Source: Hyphomicrobiales bacterium (GTDB lineage Bacteria; Pseudomonadota; Alphaproteobacteria; Rhizobiales; Afifellaceae). From it: a stretch of DNA of 64,000 nt. The first letter of the stretch is position 1, and every line of letters starts with the position of its first letter. A program made the position numbers and the translations under genes. The stretch is taken from contig JBBQVL010000002.1 in NCBI GenBank assembly GCA_038211615.1, positions 1,289-65,288 on the forward strand, written 5' to 3'. This document shows, in pieces, positions 35,306-45,280 of the stretch. The notes beneath the pieces were generated by a model, which saw nothing but the letters and a program-made list of their open reading frames with translations, searched no databases and was not told the origin of the DNA.

Positions 35306-37264
35306 TCAGTTGAAGGATGGCGGGGGTGGCGCGGAGAAGTCCGGAAGCTGCACGCCGCCGCCGGTGTTGCCGATGGTCGGGACGTTGATCTCGACATCGG
35401 CGGGGTTGATGCCGGTCCCTGTCCCCTTGTAGTGCGTGATCATCGACGGGAAGGCGATGGCGAGGCCCACCATGATCACCTGGATCACGACGAAGGGCAC
35501 GGCGCCCCAGTAGATCTGCCCGGTGGTGACCGGTTCCATCAGCTTGCCGGTCACGCGGTCGCGGTATCGCTCGCGCGGCGCGACGGAGCGCAGGTAGAAG
35601 AGGGCGAAGCCGAACGGCGGGTGCATGAAGCTCGTCTGCATGTTGATGCCGAGCAGCACGCCGAACCAGATGAGATCGATGCCGAGCGTCTCCGCCGGGC
35701 CGGCGAGCAGCGGCACGATGATGAAGGCGAGCTCGAAGAAATCGAGGAAGAAGGCGAGCACGAAGACGACGGCGTTGACCACGAGGAGAAATCCGATCTG
35801 GCCGCCGGGCAGCGAGATCAGCAGGTTCTCCACCCATTTGTGCCCATCGACGCCATAGAAGGTGAGCGAGAAGACCCGCGCGCCGACGAGGATGAAGACG
35901 ACGAAGGCGGAAAGCTTGGTGGTGGAATCGAGCGCCTGCCGCATCAGGTCGAAATTGAGCCGCCGCCGGGCGAAGGCGAGCACCAGGGCGCCGACCGCAC
36001 CCATGGCGCCGCCCTCGGTCGGCGTGGCGATGCCCTGGAAGATCGTGCCGAGCACGAGGAAGATCAGGATCAGCGGCGGCAGGAGGTCGGCGATGATCTT
36101 CCATACCGCGGCGGCGATCGGCCGGGAGGGCGCCCTCAGCAGCGAGAAGATCCCTCCCGCCAGCGCGAGGATGGCGACGTAGTAGGCCCATTGGCCCGCG
36201 AGCCAGACGATGATCGCAAGTATCCAGCCTCCCAAACCGTCGGCGGCCGGCGGGAGCGCCTTCGCGCCCTCGACCAGGGCGGAGGCGGCCTGCCAGAGGA
36301 CGAAGAGCGCCGCGAGCAGCAGGATCGCGGCGGCGAGGCTGGCGAGCATCCTTGGCGCGAACCGGAGCAGCGCCAGGTAGATGAAATAGAGGAACGCGAA
36401 TCCGGCAAGCAGCACCAGCATGATGACGTTGACGTTGGTCGTTGCAGCGTCGAGCGAGGCCGCCGCCGGCGGGGCGACGTCGCCGAGGATGCTGACGGCG
36501 AGCTGCGGATCGAAGAGAAGGATCATGCCCCACAGCACCAGCGCCATCGGCAGGAGGATTGCCGCGATGACGGGGCTGTATTCGGCTCCGACGCCGAACG
36601 ACCGGGCTTCCGGGGGAAGGGCGGGAGCCGACTTCGGAAAGATCATCGTGGCGAGGAAGACGTAGCCGAGATAGAGGCCGGTCAGGACCAGGCCCGGTAT
36701 GATCGCGCCCTTGTACATGTCGCCGACGGAGCGCCCGAGCTGGTCGGCCATGATGATCAGCACCAGGCTCGGCGGGATGATCTGCGCCAGCGTGCCGGAG
36801 GCGGTAATCACGCCGCTCGCAACGCGCCGGTCGTAGCCGTAGCGGAGCATGATCGGGAGCGAGATCAGTCCCATGGCGATGACCGAGGCGGCGACCACGC
36901 CGGTGGTCGCGGCAAGCAGCGCTCCGACGCAGACCACCGCATAGGCGACGCCGCCCCTGACCGGCCCGAAAAGCTTGCCGGCCGTCTCCAGCAGCTCCTC
37001 GGCCATGCCGGACCGCTCGAGGATCAGCCCCATGAAGGTGAAGAAGGGGATGGCGAGCAGCGTCTCGTTGGACATGACGCCCCACACCCGGTCGGGCAGC
37101 GCCTGCAGGAAGCTCGGATGGAAGAGGTCGAGCTGGATGCCGAGGATGGCGAAGCTCAGGCCGACGAAGGAAAGCGAGAAGGCGACGGGATAGCCGAGAA
37201 GCAGGAAGACGACGAGCGCCGCGAACATGATCGGCGCCATGTTCTCGATGAGGAAAGCGATCAT
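35306..37264 (-). CDS. dctM: TRAP transporter large permease (DctM family), unusually long
   Basis: DctM blocks (AIPFFTFMG, IIPPSLVLII, GIATPTEGGA). 652 aa, with about 160 extra hydrophobic residues mid-protein. Confidence 0.9.
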   Translation of the reverse strand: MIAFLIENMAPIMFAALVVFLLLGYPVAFSLSFVGLSFAILGIQLDLFHPSFLQALPDRVWGVMSNETLLAIPFFTFMGLILERSGMAEELLETAGKLFGPVRGGVAYAVVCVGALLAATTGVVAASVIAMGLISLPIMLRYGYDRRVASGVITASGTLAQIIPPSLVLIIMADQLGRSVGDMYKGAIIPGLVLTGLYLGYVFLATMIFPKSAPALPPEARSFGVGAEYSPVIAAILLPMALVLWGMILLFDPQLAVSILGDVAPPAAASLDAATTNVNVIMLVLLAGFAFLYFIYLALLRFAPRMLASLAAAILLLAALFVLWQAASALVEGAKALPPAADGLGGWILAIIVWLAGQWAYYVAILALAGGIFSLLRAPSRPIAAAVWKIIADLLPPLILIFLVLGTIFQGIATPTEGGAMGAVGALVLAFARRRLNFDLMRQALDSTTKLSAFVVFILVGARVFSLTFYGVDGHKWVENLLISLPGGQIGFLLVVNAVVFVLAFFLDFFELAFIIVPLLAGPAETLGIDLIWFGVLLGINMQTSFMHPPFGFALFYLRSVAPRERYRDRVTGKLMEPVTTGQIYWGAVPFVVIQVIMVGLAIAFPSMITHYKGTGTGINPADVEINVPTIGNTGGGVQLPDFSAPPPPSFN

Positions 37265-37274
37265 GCCGCCGGGC

Positions 37275-37877
37275 TCATTCGATCGGAATTTGATGAGCAG
37301 GGTGATCGGGCGACGGATCCGGAATCGCCCCGCGCAAAATGGCGATCCGCTTGATCAGCTCGGAGATCGCCTGGAAGAACAGCAGGACGAACCCCACCAG
37401 GATGGCGAGCCGCCCGGGCCAGATCATCAGGCCGCCGGCGCTTCCGGACATCTCGCCGGAGCGGAAGGCGCGCATAAAGAAGGGCCAGCTCAGGTAGCTC
37501 ATGAGCACCGTCAGCGGCAGCAGCATGAAGATGTGGCCGAGGATGTCGATCCAGTTGCGCGTCCGCTTCGAGAGCGCGTTGGAGACGATGTCGATGCGGA
37601 TGTGCTCGTTGCGCTGCAGAGTGTAGGAGGCGGCGACGAGGAAAGCCCAGCCGAACAGATACCATTGCAGCTCCAGCCAGGAATTGGAGCTGATGTCGAA
37701 CGCCTTGCGCATGATGGCGTTGCCGGCGCTGACGAGGATCGCGAGCAGGATGAGCCAGCCCACCGAACGGCCGAGAAAGATCGAGACACCGTCGATGGTG
37801 CGGCTTACCGCAAGCGGCAGGCCCCAGCCGGGCGGAATGTCGCGCGGCTGGTTCAGATCATCGACGGAAAGCTGCAT
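37275..37877 (-). CDS. dctQ: TRAP transporter small permease (DctQ family)
   Basis: 200 aa with four TM helices, 10 nt upstream of dctM. Confidence 0.85.
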   Translation of the reverse strand: MQLSVDDLNQPRDIPPGWGLPLAVSRTIDGVSIFLGRSVGWLILLAILVSAGNAIMRKAFDISSNSWLELQWYLFGWAFLVAASYTLQRNEHIRIDIVSNALSKRTRNWIDILGHIFMLLPLTVLMSYLSWPFFMRAFRSGEMSGSAGGLMIWPGRLAILVGFVLLFFQAISELIKRIAILRGAIPDPSPDHPAHQIPIE

Positions 37878-38131
37878 CCAGCCGAAGCCCTCTTTTCACA
37901 TTGGGTCCGAACAATGTTGCGGACCGAGTGTCGGCTTGTTTTCGCCGGCGTTTGCTCCCGAGCGCGTGCCGCTCGACGCGATACCAGCATAGGCAGCGCG
38001 GCTCATCAACCTTGTGCTGTAAAATGCGGCCTCTGAAATGCGGCGTGGAACTGCGTCATGAATCGGGCTCCTCAGCGGGAACAGAGCGGGGCGCGAAAAC
38101 ATTTTACCCGGTCGGAATCATGGAGGCGACA

Positions 38132-38323
38132 ATGCCCGCCAAGTCCAAGGCGCAACAGAAGGCCGCCGGCGCTGCCCTTTCGGCCAAACGCGGCGAAACC
38201 CCGAATAGCGAGCTGAAGGGCGCGTCCAGGGGGATGGCGAAGTCGATGAGCGAGAGCCAGCTCGAGGACTTCGCCAAGGGCAGTCGCAAGGGCAAGCCGG
38301 AGCACGTTGCGCGGAAGAAATAG
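38132..38323 (+). CDS. DUF3008-family small protein
   Basis: MPAKSKAQQKAAGAALSAKRGE pattern. GGAGG lies 5 nt before the ATG. Confidence 0.7.
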   Translation: MPAKSKAQQKAAGAALSAKRGETPNSELKGASRGMAKSMSESQLEDFAKGSRKGKPEHVARKK

Positions 38324-38385
38324 CGCGGTGCCCGGGCTCGGAATATCCCGCCGCGGACGTCAAATCAGGATAGCATTGTGCCGCG

Positions 38386-38409
38386 CCGATCCCCAGATTC
38401 GGGGATCGG
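38386..38409 (+). terminator. Stem-loop downstream of the DUF3008 gene (possible terminator)
   Basis: CCGATCCCC-agattc-GGGGATCGG: 9-bp perfect stem with a weak T tail (TGTGCTCT). Confidence 0.4.
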
Positions 38410-38452
38410 TGTGCTCTGATGTACCCGGTTCGCCCGACGCCGAGAGGACAGG

Positions 38453-41400
38453 ATGGCCCGCCGCGGGGTGACGCTCGACGACAAGTACGATCTCGCGAAG
38501 GATCAGGTCTTCCTTTCCGGGACGCAGGCGATCGTCCGGCTCGCGCTCATGCAGAAGGAGCGCGACCGTCGCGCCGGGCTGAATACCGCCGGCTTCGTCA
38601 GCGGCTACCGCGGCTCGCCGCTCGGTGGCCTCGACCTGCATTTCTGGCGCGCCAGCGAACATCTGAAGGCGAGCGAAATCGTCTTCCAGCCGGGTCTGAA
38701 CGAAGACCTCGCCGCCACCGCCGTGTGGGGCTCGCAGCAGGCGGAACTGCGCGGCGAGGGGCGCTACGACGGCGTCTTTTCGATCTGGTACGGCAAGGGG
38801 CCGGGCGTCGACCGCAGCGGCGATGCGCTGCGCCATGCCAATCTCGACGGCACCTCGCCGCATGGCGGCGTGCTCGCGCTGATGGGCGACGACCATATGA
38901 GCGAAAGCTCCACCACCGCGCACCAGTCGGAGTTCGCCTTCGTCGACGCGATGATGCCGATCCTCAATCCCGCCGGTATCCAGGAGATCGTCGATTACGG
39001 GCTCTACGGCTGGGCGCTGTCGCGCTTCGCCGGCGTGTGGACGGCGATCAAGTGCGTGAAGGACAATGTCGAATCGACCGGCGTCATCGATGGCTCGCTG
39101 GATCGCGTCCGGCCGATCTTCCCCGACATTCTCATGCCGCCCGGCGGGCTGAACATCCGGCCGGGCCGCCACGCGCTGGAGAAGGAAGAACTGCTGCAGC
39201 GCTGGAAGCGTCCGGCGATGGTGGCCTTCATCAAGGCGAACGGCCTCGACAGGATCGTGATGCAGGGCGGCCGCCAGCCGCGCCTCGGCATCGTGTCGCT
39301 TGGGAAAAGCTGGCTCGATACTTTGGGCGCGCTCGATCTCCTCGGGATCGACGAGAGGCGCGCGGCGGATCTGGGGCTGCGCCTCTACAAGATCGCCGCG
39401 CCCTGGCCGCTTGAGCCCGACGGCCTGTTCCGCTTCGCCGAAGGGCTGGAGACCATCCTCGTGGTGGAGGAGAAGCGCTCGCTCGTCGAAGTGCAGGTCA
39501 AGGAGGAGATGTACGGCCGCGCCGGGGTCCCGATCGTCGTCGGCAAGAAGGATGAGGACAACAACGTCCTCCTTCCGAGCTGGGGCGCGCTCGACGCCAA
39601 CCAGATCGCCATCATCATCGGGCGGCGGATTCTTCGCTACGCGGAAGATTCGGAGATCGCCGCGCGGCTGAAGCAGCTCGAACATGCGCAGGCGGTGATC
39701 GCCACGACCGAAGACGTCGGGGTGCGGGTTCCGCATTTCTGCTCCGGCTGTCCGCACAACACTTCGACCGTCGTGCCGGAGGGGAGCCGCGCCTATGCCG
39801 GCATCGGCTGCCACTACATGGCGCTCTGGATGGACCGCAACACCGAGGGCTTCACCCAGATGGGGGGCGAGGGCGCCAACTGGATCGGTGAGGCGCCGTT
39901 CTCCACGCGGGATCACGTCTTCCAGAATATCGGCGACGGCACCTACGGCCATTCCGGCGCGCTCGCGATCCGCGCCGCGGCCGCCGCCGGGATCAGCATC
40001 ACCTACAAGATTCTCTTCAACGATGCCGTCGCGATGACGGGCGGACAGCCGGTGGAGGGGAACCTCACGGTCGACAAGATCGCCCGCCAGGTGGCGGCGG
40101 AGGGCGCCAAGCGAATCGCGCTGGTGAGCGACGATCCGCACAAATATCCGACCGGCACTGTCTGGCCTGACGGGATGACGCTGCACCACCGCTCCGCGCT
40201 GGCGGAGGTGCAGGAAGAGCTCCGCACCGTCAAAGGGCTCAGCGTCCTCATCTACGACCAGACCTGCGCGGCGGAGAAGCGGCGGCGGCGGAAGCGCGGG
40301 CTGGCTCCCGATCCCGACCGGCGCGTCATCATCAACAGCCTCGTCTGCGAGGGCTGCGGCGATTGCGGCGTCAAGTCGAACTGCGTCTCCATCCAGCCGC
40401 TGGAGACCGAGTTCGGCCGCAAGCGCGCCATCGACCAGTCGAGCTGCAACAAGGACTATTCGTGTCTGGAAGGTTTCTGTCCGTCTTTCGTGACGGTGCA
40501 TGGGGCAAAGCTGAAGGCGGGCACGGCCATCGCGACGAACACGCTTCCCGATGTGCCCGAGCCGGTTGTCGCCAAGCCGGAGCAGACCCAAGGGATCCTG
40601 ATCACCGGCGTCGGCGGGACCGGGATCGTGACGGTCGGCGCGGTGCTCGGCATGGCGGCGCATCTCGACGGGCTCGGCACCGGCATCATCGACATGGCGG
40701 GGCTGGCGCAGAAGGGCGGCGCGGTCTCGATCCACATGCGCATCGGCCCGACGCCGGAAGCGATCCACGCAATCCGCCTCGCGGCCGAGGAGGCCGATGT
40801 TGTCCTCGCCTGCGACATCGTCGTGGCCGGATCGCGGAAGGCGCTGGGATCGATCCGTCCGGGCGAGAGCCGGGTGTTCGTCAATCTCCACGAGACCTTT
40901 CCGGGCGACTTCACGCGCGCGGCGGATTTCTCCCTGCCGTCGCGGCGGCTGCGGCATGCGATCGAGGAGCGGGCGGGAGCCGGACGCGCGCATTTTGTCG
41001 AGGCGGAGCGGCTCGCCATTCGCCTGGTCGGCGACGCGATCGCCACCAACATGCTGATGGTGGGCTTCGCGTGGCAGCAGGGCGGGCTGCCGATCAGCCG
41101 CGCGTCGATCCTCGAGGCGATCCGGCTGAACGGCGTGCAGGTGGAGATGAACATTGCCGCTTTCGAGTGGGGGCGGCGCGCGGCCCATGATCTCGCGGCG
41201 GCGGAACGTTCAGCCGGCGTTGCCCCCGACACGAGCGCGCCGTCGCTCGCCGGGATTTTGGCGAAACGCGTGGCGTTCCTGACCGCCTATCAGGGGCGAC
41301 GCTATGCGCGCCGCTACGAGGCGCGGGTCGCGCAGGTTGCCGAGGCCGCCGCGCGCGTTGCGCCGGACGCGCAGGAGCTGGCGACCGAGGTCGCGCATTC

Positions 41401-41908
41401 GCTCTTCAAGCTGATGGCGATCAAGGACGAGTACGAAGTTGCGCGGCTCTACACCGACGGTTCGTTCGAGAAGCAGCTCGGCGAGCAGTTCGCGAGCTGG
41501 GAGCGGCTGGAATTCAACCTTGCGCCCCCGCTGCTTGCGCGGCGCGACAAGCGGACCGGGCACCTGAAGAAGCAGAAATTCGGCGGCTGGATGTTCTCGG
41601 CCTTCCGCGTCCTCGCGCGCCTGCGCTTCCTACGCGGCACGCCGCTCGATCCGTTTGGCCGCACCGCCGAACGGCGTTGGGAGCGGCAGCTCCTCGCGGA
41701 TTACGAAGCGGCGCTCGATACGATCGTGGCGAAGCTAAATGCGGAGAACATCGAGGTCGCCCTCGCGCTCGCCGCCTATCCCCGAAAGATCCGCGGCTTC
41801 GGCCATGTGAGGCAAGCGCAGGCGAAGCCGGCGCTTGCCGAACGCGAGCGCTTGCTCAAGGCGTTCCTCGAGCCTCAAAGCGCCCCTCTCGCCGAAGCGG
41901 CGGAGTGA
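38453..41908 (+). CDS. Indolepyruvate/2-oxoacid:ferredoxin oxidoreductase, fused alpha-beta type
   Basis: 1151 aa. N-terminal LSGTQAIVRL, TPP region GCPH/GIGCHYM, ferredoxin-like CEGCGDCG. Confidence 0.9.
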   Translation: MARRGVTLDDKYDLAKDQVFLSGTQAIVRLALMQKERDRRAGLNTAGFVSGYRGSPLGGLDLHFWRASEHLKASEIVFQPGLNEDLAATAVWGSQQAELRGEGRYDGVFSIWYGKGPGVDRSGDALRHANLDGTSPHGGVLALMGDDHMSESSTTAHQSEFAFVDAMMPILNPAGIQEIVDYGLYGWALSRFAGVWTAIKCVKDNVESTGVIDGSLDRVRPIFPDILMPPGGLNIRPGRHALEKEELLQRWKRPAMVAFIKANGLDRIVMQGGRQPRLGIVSLGKSWLDTLGALDLLGIDERRAADLGLRLYKIAAPWPLEPDGLFRFAEGLETILVVEEKRSLVEVQVKEEMYGRAGVPIVVGKKDEDNNVLLPSWGALDANQIAIIIGRRILRYAEDSEIAARLKQLEHAQAVIATTEDVGVRVPHFCSGCPHNTSTVVPEGSRAYAGIGCHYMALWMDRNTEGFTQMGGEGANWIGEAPFSTRDHVFQNIGDGTYGHSGALAIRAAAAAGISITYKILFNDAVAMTGGQPVEGNLTVDKIARQVAAEGAKRIALVSDDPHKYPTGTVWPDGMTLHHRSALAEVQEELRTVKGLSVLIYDQTCAAEKRRRRKRGLAPDPDRRVIINSLVCEGCGDCGVKSNCVSIQPLETEFGRKRAIDQSSCNKDYSCLEGFCPSFVTVHGAKLKAGTAIATNTLPDVPEPVVAKPEQTQGILITGVGGTGIVTVGAVLGMAAHLDGLGTGIIDMAGLAQKGGAVSIHMRIGPTPEAIHAIRLAAEEADVVLACDIVVAGSRKALGSIRPGESRVFVNLHETFPGDFTRAADFSLPSRRLRHAIEERAGAGRAHFVEAERLAIRLVGDAIATNMLMVGFAWQQGGLPISRASILEAIRLNGVQVEMNIAAFEWGRRAAHDLAAAERSAGVAPDTSAPSLAGILAKRVAFLTAYQGRRYARRYEARVAQVAEAAARVAPDAQELATEVAHSLFKLMAIKDEYEVARLYTDGSFEKQLGEQFASWERLEFNLAPPLLARRDKRTGHLKKQKFGGWMFSAFRVLARLRFLRGTPLDPFGRTAERRWERQLLADYEAALDTIVAKLNAENIEVALALAAYPRKIRGFGHVRQAQAKPALAERERLLKAFLEPQSAPLAEAAE

Positions 41909-41914
41909 CGCCGA

Positions 41915-42379
41915 TCAGCGCTTGAACGGGCGATTCAGGATGACTTGCCAGTCGTAGGGGCATTCAAGCGGGAAGTGTTCCACGCCGAGATTTGTCTCAC
42001 TCGACGCACCCAGCCTGGCAGTTTCGTAGCCGTCCTTGACGGCTTCCGGCAGTTTTGACTTGAGACTCGGATTCTTGCGCAACTGTCGCAGCGCCCGGAG
42101 ACGCTGTTCGGCGATGGTATTCTCCCACGACCGGGTGCGCCTGTCGGGCTGGTGGTCCCACTTGAGCATATGCATGAGAAGCACGCTCAGCCCGCTTTCG
42201 AGCTTGTCGTACTCCTTGCTGCCCACGTCCAGGATCTCCTCGGCGACGTTTTCGGTATCAACTTCATCGAGGCGACCCTCGCGGAGGAGTCGGGCCTGTT
42301 CCAGCGACCAGGCGTAGATGTCGCGGTCGTAGAGAGAGGCCGTTTGCGGAGGGCGTTTGGTCGAAGTCGCGCGGGACAT
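41915..42379 (-). CDS. DUF29-domain protein
   Basis: LYDRDIYAWSLEQARLLREGR...ENVAEEI...W pattern typical of DUF29. ATG at 42379. Confidence 0.8.
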   Translation of the reverse strand: MSRATSTKRPPQTASLYDRDIYAWSLEQARLLREGRLDEVDTENVAEEILDVGSKEYDKLESGLSVLLMHMLKWDHQPDRRTRSWENTIAEQRLRALRQLRKNPSLKSKLPEAVKDGYETARLGASSETNLGVEHFPLECPYDWQVILNRPFKR

Positions 42380-42435
42380 GTGCTCTTTTAGCAGAAAGCC
42401 GGGCATCGAGCATGCCCGGATGGCTGTTGCTTCGG

Positions 42436-42454
42436 TTATAACGAATGTTATAAT
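42436..42454. promoter_or_regulatory. Candidate operator overlapping a -10-like TATAAT upstream of the antitoxin gene
   Basis: Perfect inverted repeat TTATAAC-gaat-GTTATAA (42436-42453); TATAAT at 42449-42454. Confidence 0.5.
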
Positions 42455-42472
42455 AGCGTGAGGAGTTTCATC

Positions 42473-42697
42473 ATGCATCAGGTCAAAGTCACCCAGATCG
42501 GCAACTCACTCGGCGTCGTGCTTCCGAAGGAGGTTGTCGAGCGGCTCGGGATCGCGCGCGGCCAGATGCTCAGCCTTTCGGAAACCACGAACGGGCTTGA
42601 GCTTTCCGCCTTCGATCCGGAGTTCGAAGAGCAGATGCGGATGGCGGAAGAGATCATGGATCGCTATCGCGACACACTGCGCGAACTCGCCAAATGA
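42473..42697 (+). CDS. AbrB/MazE/SpoVT-type antitoxin
   Basis: KVTQIGNSLGVVLPKEVVERLG swapped-hairpin motif. GAGGAG Shine-Dalgarno sequence. Stop overlaps the doc start. Confidence 0.8.
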   Translation: MHQVKVTQIGNSLGVVLPKEVVERLGIARGQMLSLSETTNGLELSAFDPEFEEQMRMAEEIMDRYRDTLRELAK

Positions 42698-43110
42698 GCT
42701 GGCGCTGGCTGACCGGCCGCATAGCAACCTCGATCCATCACAGACAGATTCAAAGGCACGGCGGCGGCCACGGGACGCGCGACGAGGGGTTGCTCGAATC
42801 GGCTTTGGCGCGCACGGAGAACGTTGCCACCTACGGTGAGCCGACGGTGTTCGAGTTAGCGGCTAGCTACGCTTTCGGGATCGCGCGCAATCATCCTTTC
42901 ATCGACGGGAACAAGCGCACTGCGTTTGTCGCGTCGGTGCTGTTCCTGCGCATGAATGGCCAACAGTTCCACGCCGAGCAGGCCGAGGCCGCGGTCATCT
43001 TCCTGCGTCTCGCCGCGGGGGAATTCTCCGAGGCTGAGCTGGCCGAATGGTTCAGGCAGAACTGCGACCCGCCCGCGGAGGAATTCCTCTCGGCGGAACA
43101 GGATCAATAG
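42694..43110 (+). CDS. doc: Death-on-curing (Doc, Fic-fold) toxin
   Basis: Fic/Doc motif HPFIDGNKRTA. Confidence 0.9.
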   Translation: MSWRWLTGRIATSIHHRQIQRHGGGHGTRDEGLLESALARTENVATYGEPTVFELAASYAFGIARNHPFIDGNKRTAFVASVLFLRMNGQQFHAEQAEAAVIFLRLAAGEFSEAELAEWFRQNCDPPAEEFLSAEQDQ

Positions 43111-43112
43111 AC

Positions 43113-44192
43113 ATGCTGAAGCCGCTCCCCGCCGACCCGCGCCTCGACGCCCGCCGCGAGGAGATGCGCGCCGTCCGTCTGCCGGGTGACCATCCGCCGG
43201 TCGCGGCGGGGCGCGTGGGCGTGCTCCTCGTCAACCTCGGCACACCGGAGGGGACGGGCTACTGGCCGATGCGCCGCTACCTCAGCGAATTCCTCTCCGA
43301 CCGCCGCGTCATCGAATCCTCGCCGCTCATCTGGCAGCCGATCCTGCAGGGGATCGTCCTCACGACGCGTCCGAAGAAGAGCGGCGCGCTCTACGCGTCC
43401 ATCTGGAATTCCGAGCGGAATGAATCGCCGCTCAAGACCTTCACCCGCGCCCAGGCCGAGAAGCTCGCGGCCGAGCTTGCGAGCGAGGATGGCGTGATCG
43501 TCGACTGGGCGATGCGCTACGGCAAGCCGCCGATCGCGGAGCGCCTGGACCTGATGGTGAAGGCCGGCTGCGAGCGGATCGTCGTCTTCCCGCTCTATCC
43601 GCAGTACAGCGCCACGACGACCGCGACGGTGAACGACAAGGCCTTCGACGCGCTGAAAACGATGCGGCGCCAGCCGGCGCTCCGCACCGTGCCCGCCTAC
43701 CACGACGAGCCGGTCTACATTGACGCACTGGCGGAGAGCATCGGGAAATATCTGGGCAAGCTCGATTTCGAGCCGGAGATCGTTATCGCCTCCTACCACG
43801 GGCTGCCGCGCTCCTACCTCGACATGGGCGACCCCTATCACTGCCACTGCCAGAAGACCTCGCGGCTACTGCGCGAAAAGCTCGGCTGGAGCGAGAAGCG
43901 GCTCATCACCACCTTCCAGTCACGCTTCGGCCCGACGGAATGGCTGCAGCCCTACACCGACAAGACCGTGGAGCGGCTGGCGGGCGAAGGGGTGAAGCGG
44001 ATCGCGGTCGTCAATCCAGGCTTCGTGTCGGACTGCCTTGAGACGCTGGAAGAGATCGCCGTGCAGAATTGCGAAATCTTCCTGCATCACGGCGGCGAGA
44101 AATTCGCGCACGTGCCCTGCCTGAACGATTCGCCGGACGGCATGCGCGTCATCACCACGCTGGCGCTGCGCGAACTCGGCGGCTGGATCTGA
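43113..44192 (+). CDS. hemH: Ferrochelatase
   Basis: VLLVNLGTPE, YPQYS and HGLP motifs. N-terminal start is uncertain. Confidence 0.9.
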   Translation: MLKPLPADPRLDARREEMRAVRLPGDHPPVAAGRVGVLLVNLGTPEGTGYWPMRRYLSEFLSDRRVIESSPLIWQPILQGIVLTTRPKKSGALYASIWNSERNESPLKTFTRAQAEKLAAELASEDGVIVDWAMRYGKPPIAERLDLMVKAGCERIVVFPLYPQYSATTTATVNDKAFDALKTMRRQPALRTVPAYHDEPVYIDALAESIGKYLGKLDFEPEIVIASYHGLPRSYLDMGDPYHCHCQKTSRLLREKLGWSEKRLITTFQSRFGPTEWLQPYTDKTVERLAGEGVKRIAVVNPGFVSDCLETLEEIAVQNCEIFLHHGGEKFAHVPCLNDSPDGMRVITTLALRELGGWI

Positions 44193-44326
44193 GGCCGAAG
44201 CGAAGGCTGGATTCGAGCGCCGTCGTCGTTAAGATCGCGGGCAAGCCGAGACGGGAAGGTCGGGCATTTCTGCGGCGTCTGGCGGCATGGCCCCAGGCGC
44301 CCTCGAACGAGAGGAAACGCATCGCT

Positions 44327-45280
44327 ATGAGAACGAGGCTTCTTTTCGCCGCGCTGGCGGCGGCTTGCCTGGCGATTCCCGCCTACGCGCAGGTAGACGA
44401 ACTGAACATCATGGCTCCCGCCGCGCCCGGCGGAGGCTGGGACCAGACGGCCCGCTCGATGCAGCAGGCGCTGACCGAGGCGGGGATCGCGGGGAACGTC
44501 CAGGTGACGAACGTGCCCGGCGCCGGCGGCACGATCGGCATCGCGCAGTTCGTCAACAACAGCAAAGGCGACGCGAAGAATCTGATCGTCGGCGGCTACG
44601 TGATGGTGGGCGCGATCATCGCCAACCAGTCGCCCGTCACGCTTGCGGATGTCACGCCCATCGCAAGGTTGACCGGCGAGTACGAGGGCATCGTGGTGCC
44701 GGCGTCGTCGGACATCAAGACGATCGGGGATCTGGTAGCCAAGCTGAAGGCCGATCCGGGCTCCGTCAGCTGGGCCGGAGGTTCCGCCGGAGGGGTCGAC
44801 CACATCGTCGTCGGCCAGATCGCCGTCGCCGCCGGAGTCGATCCGACCAAGATCAACTACATTCCCTATTCAGGCGGCGGCGAGGCGCTGGCGGCCATTC
44901 TCGGCGGTCAGGTCACTGCCGGCGTTTCGGGCACCGGGGAATGGCAGGCGCAGATCGAATCGGGACAGGTGCGCCTCATCGCGGTCACGTCGGCGGATCG
45001 CATCGCGGGCCTTGACGCACCGACGCTGAAGGAGAGCGGTCTCGACGTCGAGACGCAGAACTGGCGGATGGTCGCCGCCCCTCCGGGCATCAGCGACGAG
45101 GACAAGGCGAAGCTCGTCGCCGCCGTGCAGAAGATGGCGGAGTCGGACGCCTGGAAGAACATCCTGGCGCAGAAGGGATGGCTGAACACCTTCCTCGCGG
45201 GCCCTGACTTCGAGGCGTACTTGAAGAGCGAGGTCGACAAGACCACCACGATCCTGAAGCAGCTCGGCATCGCCGCGTGA
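44327..45280 (+). CDS. tctC: Tripartite tricarboxylate transporter substrate-binding protein
   Basis: Signal peptide and Bug/TctC pattern ([10 protein letters not shown]). Forms the last 317 aa of track ORF 44069..45280. Confidence 0.9.
   Translation: MRTRLLFAALAAACLAIPAYAQVDELNIMAPAAPGGGWDQTARSMQQALTEAGIAGNVQVTNVPGAGGTIGIAQFVNNSKGDAKNLIVGGYVMVGAIIANQSPVTLADVTPIARLTGEYEGIVVPASSDIKTIGDLVAKLKADPGSVSWAGGSAGGVDHIVVGQIAVAAGVDPTKINYIPYSGGGEALAAILGGQVTAGVSGTGEWQAQIESGQVRLIAVTSADRIAGLDAPTLKESGLDVETQNWRMVAAPPGISDEDKAKLVAAVQKMAESDAWKNILAQKGWLNTFLAGPDFEAYLKSEVDKTTTILKQLGIAA

Noticed and set aside
35229-37354. 618-aa (minus) and 690-aa (plus) ORFs overlapping dctM
   Set aside because: They are alternative-frame or antisense shadows. 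Only the 35306..37264 frame gives a polytopic membrane protein with DctM blocks.
38360-41188. 942-aa ORF on the minus strand
   Set aside because: It is antisense to the 1151-aa indolepyruvate:ferredoxin oxidoreductase gene and has a shadow-ORF composition (R, D, A, H, G runs).
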